Source of the DNA: Mustelus asterias
Lineage: Eukaryota
Length of the DNA stretch: 64,000 nucleotides
Assembly: GCF_964213995.1 (NCBI RefSeq)
Contig: NC_135805.1
Span: forward strand, 140,616,001 to 140,680,000
Direction: 5' to 3'
Of this stretch, positions 12,148 to 24,359 are shown in pieces. Position numbers and translations under genes: made by a program. A model generated the notes under the pieces. It did no database searches, had not been told where the DNA came from, and was given only the letters and a program-made list of their open reading frames with translations. The number at the start of each line of letters is the position of its first letter. Position 1 is the stretch's first letter.

Positions 12148-12969
12148 TGTTCAGAATAATGCCAGGCAGCATAGGTTTGATTCCAGTTCCAGTTGAGGTG
12201 GACTTGGGACCTACCCATTAACCCTGCCCCGAGAGTGGAAGGAAATGACAAACCTTCAAAAATAAAAACTGTCAAAAAAAAACAGCACAGGATAAAGCAA
12301 CAGCAGACAATGAGCTACCTTCGGGCACAGCACACATCATGTCATGCCAAAATCAACATTACAATGATGATCAATCTGTCTTGCAGACAGGTCAACTGAA
12401 AGATTTGTAGATAATGGTACAAATAAATGTGTTTCTTAACAACATGTTACTGAGGAAACTGGATAATCAGTTTTTAGTCGCAATTTTGATGAAGTATCAG
12501 ACTTCCACGTGAGGGATCACCTAGGTAACAGGGACCACAATATAATTAGATTCAACTTGATCAGAAAAGTTGGGGGAAACGGTGTAATTTGGATGTCACA
12601 AACATTTGTGTGGGTGAGCAAAATAGATTACAGGTCGTGGAAGAGATTCAGAGGAGGACCACTATATTAGTATCTAGTATAAAAGGCCCTCTGTTATCAT
12701 GATAATATTTATCTTTCTATCTTAGAAAATTATAGAATTCAGGGAGCTTACACTGAGGTCTTATAAATAATGAAAGTATTAGACTTGCTCCATGTGTACA
12801 GGCTATTTGAATTCCATAGGTACTGAGGGTATGGGGAGGCGGGGAACACATAAAAGTTGCTTTAGCATAGTAGCAGGTCAGAATAGACCTTGGACTTTTT
12901 TCCTGCAATTCTACCTCTCTCATGGGATTTATTGGCTCTTGAAGGGGCAATGAATGTTGCGGTGTTATA

Positions 12970-13910
12970 AGAGTACAGGAAATAGTAACAGCAGTATACC
13001 ATATGGCCCCTAGAGCCTGTTCAGCCATTTGGTACAATCATGACTGATCTTCTGCCTCAACTCCACTTTCTTGCCTGCTTCCCATATCCCTTGATTCTCT
13101 GAGAAACCAAAACACAATCTATCTCAGCATTAGACTTTACTCAATAGTGAGCAACCACAGCCTTCTGGGGTAGAGAATTACAAAGATTCATAAGCCTTTG
13201 AGTGAAGAAATTCCTCTTCAACTCAGTTGTAAATAATCAGCTCCTTATCTTAAGACTATGCCTCCATGTTCTAGATTTCCCAGCCAGGGGAAACAGCCTC
13301 TCAATGTCTATCATGTTAAGCCACTTCAGAATCTTCTATGTTTCAGTGAGATCATTTCTCATTCTTCAAATCTCCAGAGAGTCAAGGACCAATTTAATCA
13401 AACTTTCATCATATCTCATCCCAGGAACCAATTCAGTGAATCTTCATTATAAACTCTGGCAAATTTACCCTTCCTTTGATATAGGAACGCTATTCCAGGT
13501 GTAGTCTCACCAACACACTGTGTAGTTGTAACAAGACTTCCATATTATTGGTAATTAGGCCATCATGTTATTTGCCTTTTTAATTGCTTGCTGTACCTGC
13601 ATGCTAACTTTCCCTGTTCCTTGTACGAGTACATCCAAGCCTCTTTGAACATCAACATTTACAAGTTTCACATCATTTAAAAAATATTATGCTTTTCTAT
13701 ACTTACAACCAAAGTGACTAAACTCAGACTTCCCTACATTCTCCTACATCTGCCATCTGTCTCCATCTCTTGTGTCCTCTTTGTGTCCTCACAGCCTACA
13801 TTTCCACCCAGCTTTGTATTGTCAGCAAACTTGGATACATTGCTTTCTGTATTTTTGCCTCATGTATATTGCAAATAGCTGAGGCTAAGCATTGATCTTT
13901 ATATTGCACC
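12970..13910 (-). mobile_element. Old, degenerate CR1 3' fragment
   Basis: The reverse strand shows SKFAD and VRLHLE-like motifs and a CR1-type 3'UTR. Confidence 0.75.
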
Positions 13911-13964
13911 AAGATTGAATGGAACAAACACAATGGACTGACTGGGTTGTGTTTTTCCTATCCC

Positions 13965-14230
13965 GGTGGCACAGTGGTTACCTCTGCTGCCTCACAGCGC
14001 CAGGGACCCAAGTTTGATTCCCGGCTTGGGTCACTGTGTGGAATTTGCATGTTCTCCCTGTGTCTGCGTGGGTTTCCTCCGGGTGCTCTGGTTTCCTCCC
14101 ACAGTCTGAAAAACGTGCTGGTTAGGTGCCTTGACCCGAACAGGCGCAGGAATGTGGCGACTAGGAGATTTTCCCATTTACTTCATTATAGTGTTAATGT
14201 AAGCCTTACTTCTGACTAATAAACAAACTT
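13965..14230 (+). mobile_element. tRNA-derived V-SINE/HE1-like SINE
   Basis: A/B-box-like head GGTGGCACAGTGGTTA..GTTTGATTCC; core TTTGCATGTTCTCCCTGTGTCTGCGTGGGTTTCCTCCGGGTGCTC. Confidence 0.85.
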
Positions 14231-14696
14231 ATAATTATTCTTGTATGTTTCAGGCAAAGTTTATGGACATTCAAAGCTGTGAAACTCAGTTACTTCCTGA
14301 TTTGATCAGTCATGCAGGTAATCGCCCTGCTTTTCTGCAGGTTTAAGACTAGTGCAAATGTGGTGTAAATGGTGGAATTTCCGGGACTGAAGCTTTGCCT
14401 CTCATTAGCCTCTACTTTGCAGACATGAATTCCTAATCAGGATAGGCATCTCTCAGTTCTCGGAATTTTGGTCCCTGAGACCTAGAAGTCCAATTATTCC
14501 TGAAGTTCAGCTATGATGCAGCTAAATTTATAGAATACGGTTGAGACGTTGGAAACCCAATGTCGGGGATTGTATCTGGGTCCTGACCTCATTCAACATT
14601 GTGATTTCCAACTAAATTTTACAGGAGATGACCAATTAGTGCACTTCTGCACCTGCCATTTAATATGGGGTGGTAGACTCATTCAGAAGGTGGAGT

Positions 14697-17097
14697 TAGA
14701 CATAGAACAGCACAGTACAGGCCCTTCGGCCCTCAATGTTGTGCCGAGCTTTGTCCGAAACCAAGATCAAGCTATCCCACTCCCTATCATTCTGGTGTGC
14801 TCCATGTGCCTATCCAATAACCACTTGAAAGTTCCTAAAGTGTCCGACTCCACTATCACAGCAGGCAGTCCATTCCACACCCCAACCACTCTCTGAGTAA
14901 AGAACCTACTTCGGATATCCCTCCTATATAGTTTTTTGAGGAAGTGACAAAAACGGTTGACAAAGGAAGGGCCGTGGATGCCGGCTATATGGATTTCAGT
15001 AAGGCATTTGACAAAGTCCCTCATGGCAGGTTGGTTAAGAAGGTTAAGGCTCATGGGATACAAGGAGAGGTGGCTAGATGGGTAGAGAACTGGCTTGGCC
15101 ACAGGAGACTCAGGGTAGCAGTCGAAGGGTCTTTTTCCAGCTGGAGGTCTGTGACCAGTGGTGTTCCGCAGGGCTCTGTACTGGGACCTCTGCTATTTGT
15201 GATATATATGAATGATTTGGAAGAAGGTGTAACTGGTGTTATCAGCAAGTTTGCGGATGACACGAAGATGGCTGGACTTGCGGATAGCAATGAACATTGT
15301 CGGACAATACAGCAGGATATATATAGGCTGGAAAATTGGGCGGAGAAATGGCAGATGGAATTTAATCCGGATAAATGCGAAGTGATGCATTTTGGAAGAA
15401 CTAATGTAGGGGGAGTTATACAATAAATGGCAGAGCCATCAAGAGTGTAGAAACACAGAGGGACCTGGGTGTGCAAGTCCACAAATCCTTGAATGTGGCA
15501 GCACAGGTGGAGAAGGTGGTGAAGAAGGCATATGGTATGCTTGCCTTTATAGGACGGGGTATAGATGTTGCAGCTGTAGAGAACGCTGGTTAGACCACAT
15601 TTGGAGTACTGCGTCCAGTTCTGGTCGCCACACTACCAGAAGGATGTGGAGGCTTTAGAGAGAGTGCAGAGAAGGTTTACCAGGATGTTGCCTGGTATGG
15701 AGGGTCTTAGCTATGAGGAGAGATTGGGTAAACTGGGCTGCTTCTCCCTGGAAAGACGGAGAATGAGGGGAGACCTAATAGAGGTGTACAAAATTATGAA
15801 GGGTATAGATAGGGTGAACAGTGGGAAGCTTTTTCCCAGGTCGGAGGTGACGATCACGAGGGGTCACGGGCTCAAGGTGAGAGGGGCGAGGTATAACTCA
15901 GATATCAGAGGGACGTTTTTTACAGAGAGTGGTAGGGGCCTGGAATGTGCTGCCAAGTAGGGTGGTTGAGGCAGACACGGTGGCATCGTTTAAGACTTAC
16001 CTGGATAGTCACATGAGCAGTCTGGGAATGGAGGGATACAAACGAATGGTCTAGTTGGACCAATGAGCGGCACAGGCTTGGAGGGCCGAAGGGCCTGTTT
16101 CCTGTGCTGTACTGTTCTTTGTTCTTATAGTTATGCCCCCTAGTAACAGCTACATTCACCCGAGGAAATAGTCTCTGAATGTCCACTCTATCTATCTCCC
16201 TCATCATCTTATAAACCTCTATTAAGTCGCCTCTCATCCTCCTCCGCTCGAAAGAGAAAAGCCCTAGCTCCCTCAACCTTTCCTCAAGACCTACCCTCCA
16301 AACCAGGTAGCATCCTGATAAATCTCCTCTGCACTCTCTCCAATGCTTCCACATCCTCCTTATAGTGAGGTGACCAGAACTGCACACAATATTCCAAATG
16401 TGGTCTCACCAAGGTCCTGTACAGTTGCAGCATAACCCCACGGCTCTTAAACTCAAACTCCGTGTTAATAAACGCTAACACACTATAGGCCTTCTTCACG
16501 GCTCTATCCACTTGAGTGGCAACCTTCAGAGATCTGTGGATATGAACCCCACGATCTCTCTGTTCCTCCACATTCCTCAGAACCCTGCCGTTGACCCTGT
16601 AATCCGCATTCAAATTTGTCCTACCAAAATGAATCGCCTCGCACTTATCAGGGTTAAACTCCATCTGCCATTTTTCGGCCTAGCTCTGCATCCTATCAAT
16701 GTCTCTTTGCAGCCTACAACAGCCCTCCACCTCATCCACTACTCCACCAATCTTGATGTCATCAGCAAATTTACTGATCCACCCTTCAGCCCTCTCCTCC
16801 AAGTCATTGATAAAAATCACAAATAGCAGAGGACCCAGCACTGATCCCTGTGGTACACCGCTAGTAACTGGTCTCCAGTCTGAAAATTTTCCATCCACCA
16901 CCACCCTCTGTCTTCTATGAGATAGCCAGTCACTTATCCAATTGGCCAAATTTCCCTCTATCCCACACCTCCTTACTTTCTTCATGAGCCGACCATGGGG
17001 AACCTTATCAAACGCCTTACTAAAATCCATGTATACGACATCAACTGCTCTACCTTCATCTACACACTTAGTTACCTCCTCAAAGAATTCAATCAAA
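14697..17097 (-). mobile_element. 5'-truncated CR1 (same subfamily as 33721-35441) split by an antisense CR1
   Basis: RT ORFs 16680..17096, 16284..16664 and 15920..16387, with the 3' end at 14697-14930. Confidence 0.92.
14931..16126 (+). mobile_element. 5'-truncated CR1 (same subfamily as 3017-3748)
   Basis: ORFs 14944..15426 (DFSKAFD, QGSVLGP, FADD) and 15601..15960; 3'UTR nearly identical to about 3670-3745. Confidence 0.95.
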
Positions 17098-17179
17098 ATA
17101 CATGGCAGTGTTTAAAGGGATACTTTTTGACTTATGAGAAAGTGTGCAAGAGGAGAGAGTAACAACACGGCAGTTGTGA

Positions 17180-17397
17180 AAAAACGGACCAACAATTCAG
17201 CAGTGCATCCTTGGTTACGGTAGAGGTGGTCAGAGTTTTGAGAAATGTGCTGTTCCAGAGAGGGAAAATGGAGGCCAATCAGCCAGACTAAGCAAACATG
17301 ACTAGAGGTTGTTCAAAGGGTAAGCAGTTGCAATTTAGTGAGAAGTACATGGATCCACTGCAGGAAATGCTTCAATGACCACCTGAGGTTTGGTAAG
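17180..17397 (+). pseudogene. Myb/SANT exon of a second Harbinger-like element
   Basis: From 17281: SQTKQT*LEVVQRVSSCNLVRSTWIHCRKCFNDHLRFGK followed by GTGAGT donor (17398). A probable C-terminal exon lies at about 18977-19470 (STSIDTHTLVGP..ERVANLRE). TIR-like end near 20867. Confidence 0.75.
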
Positions 17398-17877
17398 GTG
17401 AGTACCAGTCAATACCTAACTGACAGTCTGAAAGTTATGAAATGATCAGCACAATATGGTCTCGAGGCAGACCATACGTGTGTCCAGGTCCAAGAAAAGT
17501 TGCACTGAGACTAGTTTCATTGATGGAAGAGGTAAAACAAAACTTCTCGCCCCGTCGGCCAATGGGCAGAGCAAGCCAGTAAGATGCAAGAGAACCAAGA
17601 AATCGGGTTTGCGCCCAATTTCTCGCCTCTCGTGATCTTGCTGGCACCAGATATCCAGTAAGGTCAGCCTCGCACCCGAACAGGGTGCAAGTCTGATTGT
17701 AATATTTAAATGCTATGTTAAATGGTATTTAAATATTACAAGTGAGCCTGGGACACAATTGTCCGGGCTCACTTGCCTCTGTGACCTTGCTAGTGAATGT
17801 TCTCTCAGGCGAGGATTACATATGGTTCCCCATTGATGCTTAAGCCTAGCACCCCGGCATTGCCAGACTGGCACAGT

Positions 17878-18510
17878 AACAAAGAACAAAAGAAATTACA
17901 GCACAAGAACTGGCCCTTCGGCCCTCCAAGCCTGCACCAACCATGCTGCCCGACTGAACTAAAACCCCCTACCCTTCCGGGGACCATATCCCTCTATTTC
18001 CATCCTGTTCATGAATTTGTCCAGATGCCCTTTAAAACTCACTATCGTATCTGCTTCCACTACCTCTCCCGGCAGCAGGCTCCAGGCATCCACCATCCTC
18101 TGTGTAAAAAAAAACTTGCCTCGTACATCTCCTTTAAACTTTGCTCCCTCGCACCTGAAACTTATGTCCCCTAGGACATCCTGGGGACATACCTATGTTG
18201 TTAGTACCAAGATGTACCACGACCACTGGCTGTTCACCCTCTCCCTTCAGAATGCTTTCGGCTCGTTCAGAGACATCCTGGACCGTGGCATCAGGGAGGC
18301 AACATACCATCCTGGAGTCTCTTTCACATCCACAGAAGCACCTGTCTGCACACCTAACTATAGAGTCCCCAGTAACTATTGCTCTTGTACTCTTTGTCCC
18401 TCCTTGCTTAACAACAGAGCCAGCCATGGTGCCACTGCTCTGACTGCTGCTGTTAACCCCTGATAGGCCACCTCCCCAACAGTATCCAAAATGGTATACT
18501 TGTTAGAGAG
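17878..18510 (-). mobile_element. Internally deleted CR1: ORF1 esterase fragment joined to the 3' end
   Basis: AIVTGDSIVR..VCCLP..VVVHLGTNNIG (18427-18190), directly followed by the last ORF2 codons, 3'UTR and tail. Confidence 0.85.
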
Positions 18511-19489
18511 CAGTGCCCACCAGTTCCTGAGGGAGCAGGGCCAGACAGGAATGGGCCGTTCGGGGAGAGGTGGGTGACCGCTACTGCACTATAGCAGTAT
18601 CGATTGGGGTGGGGGGGGGGGATGGGATGGGGTTTTAGGGTGATTTCCTCCCTCCTGCCCAGCCCAATCAGCCACGGAGCCCTGTGGCAGGGATGGGGTG
18701 GGGTGATTTGCCAGCTATAGCTGGGGGTGGCACATCTCTTGCTCTCAGAGATCTGCACATGCATAATGGCACCCTCTGCTGCTATCAGCCTGCTTTGGAG
18801 CAAGCTAGGCCCTTCCCACTCTCTCTACTGGTGGAAACAAAGTTTGGCCTCATTTTTCTGACAGAGTCAGGTAAGATTTGATTTTTAAATTGTCCAAAAA
18901 AGCAGCACGAATTTCTCCTGTTTTCACAATCGTTTGCAGCTCCCCCCTCCCCCCCCCAAACTTGTGTCTCATACAGTTCCAGTGTTGGAGCAGTAGGCAA
19001 CTATGGTGGATGTAGCAACATCAAAGAATGAGGTACGATGTGAGAATTCATCATCAAAGACCTCTAGTTCACTCTCTACTAGCATAGATACACATACTTT
19101 GGTGGGGCCTCAGACACATTTAAATGAATGGCACAAGGTGAGTAGCATGCCACGTGAACATGAGCAGGTGATAGAGGCAGCAGCATCTGTAGACAATCTC
19201 CATTGGGGGACGGAAGATCATTCCCATGTTCATCTAGCTGGAAATGCTGAACTTTCAGGGCCTTATACAAAGTGGTGTTTCTGGAGCACACAACAAGATG
19301 CATGACCATTTGTCAGAGTTTCCTGAGGCAGTACAGACCCTTGGGAAGAGAATACAGGAGTCCATGACATTTGCACTGCATTATCTGAGGCATATAAGCG
19401 CACTGAAAGAGTGGCTAACCTGAGGGAAAGCTCTCTGCAACAGTCCACCAATTGCACTGCCATGTATAGAATGTATGAGAAAGCATGTA

Positions 19490-19880
19490 ATGATGGTAAT
19501 GACACCTGGCTAGTAATCCAGAGGCCTAGGCCTAATGCTCTGGAGCCATTGGTTCAAATACCACCATGCCAGCTGGTGGAATTTAATTTGAATTAAGCAA
19601 AGAAATCTGGAATTGAAAGCTCATCTTGGCAATGATGACCATAAAACTATCGTCAATTGTGGTAAAAACCCATCAGATTCACTAATGCCCTTTAGGGATG
19701 GAAATCTGCTGCCCTTACTGGCTCTGGCCTACATGTAACTCCAGACAGACAATAATGTGATTGACTCTTAACTGCCTTCTGTGTGGCCTAGTGAGCCATA
19801 GTAACTTAAAAGTATAACTAGGAATGGGCAACAAATGCTGGCCTTGCCAGTGGCACCCCATCCCTTCAAAGAATAAAAAA
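19490..19880 (+). mobile_element. SINE with LINE-derived 3' tail (second copy at about 43465-43845)
   Basis: Colinear with 43465-43845; tail GGGCAA(C/T)AAATGCTGGCC..GCCAG..CCCA.ATCCC is shared with the LINE at 41280-42450. Confidence 0.75.
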
Positions 19881-20105
19881 ACACATTCTGCTGCATAGAC
19901 TGGCCTTTGGCAGTACACCTTGGATAACCCCTTCATGCACCCTCTAACCCTCAGCCAATACCTTTGTGTCCCTCTGTACCAACGTACATTGTCAAAGCCA
20001 CTGCTTCTCATTATTGTTCCAGTTCATCTAAATCAGTGGGTCACATCCTGAGGTGGCCTTATTCTAACCAGTGCAGCTGCAAGTCTCCCTGGCTCATTGT
20101 ACTGA

Positions 20106-20426
20106 GTAAGAAGTCTCTCAACACCAGGTTAAAGTCCAATAGGTTTATTTGGTAGCACAAGCCACTAGCTTTCGGAGCACTGTCCCTTCATCAGGTAAGT
20201 GGGAGTTCTGTTCACAAACAGGGCATGTAAAGATAATTCATTATTTTGTAAATTGAGTGTGTGTCTTTATATGCCCTGTTTGTGAACAGAACTCCCACTT
20301 ACCTGATGAAGGGGCAGCACTCTGAAAGCTAGAGGCTTGTGCTACCAAATAAACCTGTTGGGCTTTAACCTGGTGTTGTGAGACTTCTTACTGTGTTTAC
20401 CCCAGTCCGACGCCAGCATCTCCACA
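20106..20426. mobile_element. Fold-back mini-PLE with 12-bp TSD
   Basis: About 20105-20233 is inverted relative to about 20263-20392. TCATTGTACTGA at 20094-20105 and 20427-20438. Confidence 0.88.
20163..20197 (-). ncRNA. Minimal hammerhead motif (degenerate stem II)
   Basis: UAC-CUGAUGA-AGGGACAGUGCUCC-GAAA-GC-UA-GUG. Partner copy on + at 20300-20334. Confidence 0.6.
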
Positions 20427-21869
20427 TCATTGTACTGATACAGACTGACTACAAAACCTCCATCCTCCTGCACTTTCACCAGGATCAGTCTGACAGCTCT
20501 GCTTCTGCCTATTAAAGAGATCCTCTTGGTTAATCCCCCCATTTAAACAAATGAATGAATTGCTGCTGCTTTGCTAAATGGTTTCCTGAGGTGCAGCTGC
20601 CTCATTTTCTTTTTACGCGGCACAAAGTGTGGGGCCCAAAAGTGCTCCTTAAGACTCAAAATACCTGTCAATTGATTTATTAATGCCTTTAAGATTGAGT
20701 AATGGCCTTATCTGACCACCCGCTGCTTCTGGCAGGAAGCAGCCACCTCCAGAAAAATTGCTAGTAAACAACAACACATCAGGCTACTGAAATGCCATCC
20801 TCTAATGTGAAATAGCCAATGCTCCTGCCCCAAAAATCACCTCTTAGGTTTTGGGAAAATTCCCCCCATAGTGTTTAGATCTGTTAGTCTTCTAGGGAGC
20901 ATCTATTTTCTAATGGTCAATGTTGGCCTCAGGTTTTAGCAGAATTAGTGCAGGGCTATGTTAGAGAAAGTCAAGGATCAGTGTTGTTAAGATGAAATTC
21001 CACTATCATGCTGAAACATCCAGTTATGTTCTGCGATACGTAGCCAACGTTTGGCTCTGTTCCCTGGGGCCTAAAAATCTTCTTATTAAAGACTCGCCAC
21101 AGAAACCTCAGGAATATCTTAACTCTATGATCAACAAGTAAAGAGACATGATTATTTACCATCAATACAATAATCTATGAATAAGGGCAAGAAGAGGACA
21201 ATAAGTCCATCTCCGATCAAATGTGACCAATTTCCAACCTGCACCAGACTTGTATCCTCCTGCTTACTGCTGACTCAGGAATGTTCTGAAATCTTCTGGA
21301 AACTCCTATTGAGTATAGAACTTGCTGCAGTATAGAACTAGGTGGCAGCCAAGTCTATCGATTGAATGCTGTATGCAGGGAGGAGCTATTTGTCATTTTG
21401 TTTAGCTGTGCTTTCTTCAGCTTATCATCTTTGGTTTGATCAAGGTTTTTCACAAAGTACCTTTCTAATTCAAACTGCTCAATTTATTTCATTTTTAAAA
21501 GTTAGCTGGGAAAATAGCCAGCATAACTCAAGAACGATATATCATCTTGGAAATAGTAGTGTCTCCTGTTTGCAACAGAAGAGGGTGTTGCACCCACAAT
21601 GATCGCATCAATGTGCACCTCCAAATCTTGTACAAATTTTAAAAGATACTTTGTTATTTAATACAATACATTGTTATTTAATGTTTGCTTTTGGATTAAT
21701 GGCACCATTGGAAAAAAATCACATTGCTGACATATACCTTGCACGTTATTGACACGAAGACTCCAATAACTTTTAGTTATAATCTAAAACAGTATTTGGG
21801 TTTTGTTGTGCCTGCTGCACAGTATGTTTTAACCCTTATATGGTGAACAAAGAACTGCAAGTTGACTTC

Positions 21870-22620
21870 TTGTTAATACAGTAATATTTATTCATGCACA
21901 GAATCAATGTTAACCATACAATCAATATGAGCTATTTTACAGAATACTGAAGTTCAAGTTCAATACTAGACCTTGACTTAACTTTTGCGTGACTGGCAAG
22001 TACCCAGGCAGATACTGGCCTTTATGTTCATGCTGGTCTCTATTGTCTTCGGTACAATCTGGTCCTTCGGTCTGGTCTGATATTCTGGCTCTGGTCTCCG
22101 TTTCGTCGTTAATGTGGTGGCTCTTCTCGTGGTGGCAGTTGCTGGTGCTGATCACCGCTGTTCTGTTCTGGTCTGTTCCTTATCCTTGTGGTCGTGCCGT
22201 TCGTGAGAGAAAAAGTTTCTTCCTTTGTGCAGCACCTGTTTTTGGTTTTGCGCCCTTTTGGGCGGTCTCTTGATTAATATCAATCAATCAGGGCTTCATC
22301 ATCCTGATCAATAGAGTCCAATCAGGTGATGCTGGAGGCACGTAGGTGACATACCTCCCTCCCAAATAAGGGCCTAAGGCTCTTTTTTTTGTCTGGTAAA
22401 CAAGTATGTTTGACTAGAGTGTGTCCATTGTCTTCGGGATGGCCTATTTCTTGTGTATTCTGTAGTCTGGAGCTGCAGCCTGTCCGTTTCTGTACTTGGC
22501 CAACTGTCCCAGCTTTGTAAATCACCATTTTGGGTGGCCCGTTTGGCCACAATTTGTTTTGTTCTAACCCTGTTTCAGGTTCCCCAAAGTGCCTCTTTTC
22601 TTCAACAAACATTCGCAGTT
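21870..22620 (-). mobile_element. Possible LTR plus 3' internal fragment of a Gypsy-like element
   Basis: GPPKMVIYK..GQVQKR resembles an integrase C-terminus; a purine tract TTTGGGAGGGAGGTA precedes an LTR-like block ending ..TAACA on the minus strand. Confidence 0.45.
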
Positions 22621-23999
22621 AACTAAAATAACTAAGGATGGTCTGACGAAGAGTCATCCAGACACAAAAGACTAGCTCTGTTCTCTCCCCACAGATGCTA
22701 TCAAACCTGCTGAGATTTTCCAGTATTTTTTGAGGATGTTTCTTCCCTGTTTTATTTATCATTGGGAGAGCAACTCATTACCTCGTCTTTAGATCAAACA
22801 CTCGGGTGAAGACCAGTAATCCACATTTTAATTCAAGACTGTGTGTGTACTTCCACCTTAGTAACATGACCCCCCTATCACACCCACTGTTCACTCCCGT
22901 CTCAGGGTCTTTGCTTCCTTAACTTCCACTTCAGTGAAATCCCACCACTCCATCTCCATTGTTAATTCCCACGTCAGTGACATCCTCCCTCAAATACTCT
23001 CACTCTTACTGTTCAGTTCTGTACAAGCCTGAAACTCCCTTAACAGCATTGTAGATGTAACTACACCAGATGGACTGCAGCAAGTCAAGAAAGTGGCTCA
23101 CCACCACCTTCTCAAGGGCAATTAGGGATGGGAAACAAATGCTGGCCTTGCCAGCACTGCCCACTTTCCAAGAAAGAATAACATTTAAGGTTATTTTTTC
23201 AGTGGAAACTGCTCAGCATTCTGGGTTTCTTTCTTATTATCACTTGATACACCAGTTACTTATTTTAGAAATTACAAACAATGTATTCTTATCTACCATG
23301 TCTGCTAGACTCAGATACTAATTGATATTTTGCTAACCTTGCCTACACTCTTTTTAGTGAGAATATATGACTGCTCCCATGCTTGACATCTAGCCAGGAT
23401 AATTCTACAACTCATTCTCCCATAGACTTCAAAGCAATGTGAATTAACTCCTGTTGTTACAGAAATCTCAGTGGAATACGATTGCAAAATAATTACAGAT
23501 GAAAAAGGCCATTCAGCCCATTTTAAGTCGTCCATACAAAGAGATGCCAACTCCACCCCCCCCCCCTCCATTTTAGCATTAAATGATTTCAAGATTTTTA
23601 CCTCCACCATTCTGAGTTTGTTCTGCACATTGATCATTGGTTGAATAAGCATTTCCTACTTTCAGTCCCAAAATCAACTTTTACTCGTTTGAACCTATGT
23701 GCCTTTGTTCTTTCTGCTCTCACATTTTAGTCATATGCTGAGTTAATTTTTTTATACCTTGAACAATTCTGTATTCCCTTTAAGATCACCACTCAGCTAT
23801 CTCCTTTCTCGACTAGAAGTCATAGTTGCTCCGATCTATCCTCTTAATTCAAATTCCTGACATTGAAGTATTAGCCTTGTAGCTCTTTCTCTCTGCAATG
23901 CCTCCAGCCACAGAACTCTTATCAGTACCCTAACAATCATAAGTTCTATATCTATCTTGGTGACAAGACCAGCTGAACATGGATACTCTATTAAGTTCT

Positions 24000-24340
24000 G
24001 CAAAAGGATCAGTGTTCAAACCAGCTCTTTTCAATGTCTAGGTGGTAGACTTGCTCTGTGCCAGATCCTGAAAGTTAGACTATGCTGATGACTTACTATT
24101 GGTGACACAGGCGTCAACATGAGAGGAAGTAGTCAGTTTTCTCACAAATGACCTGGATCTACCTGAAACCTACCTCCAGACTTCGCATCTCTGTTCTAAT
24201 CCAGAGAAGAGAATTGTGTCAGCATTCCATCTGAACAACAACAAAACTGTTGGGAAATAACTCAATTTTTTTCTTCAAAGAAAGACAACTTGCCGATTAT
24301 TTTGACCTCAAATACTTGGGTGTCACCCGGATAGGATTCT
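24000..24340 (+). mobile_element. Ancient non-LTR RT fragment (Daphne/Jockey-group-like)
   Basis: GSVFKPALFNV..DYADDLLLVTQ..NPEKRIVSAFHLNN..LKYLGVT. Confidence 0.65.
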
Positions 24341-24359
24341 CCATAATAACCCTTGCCTC

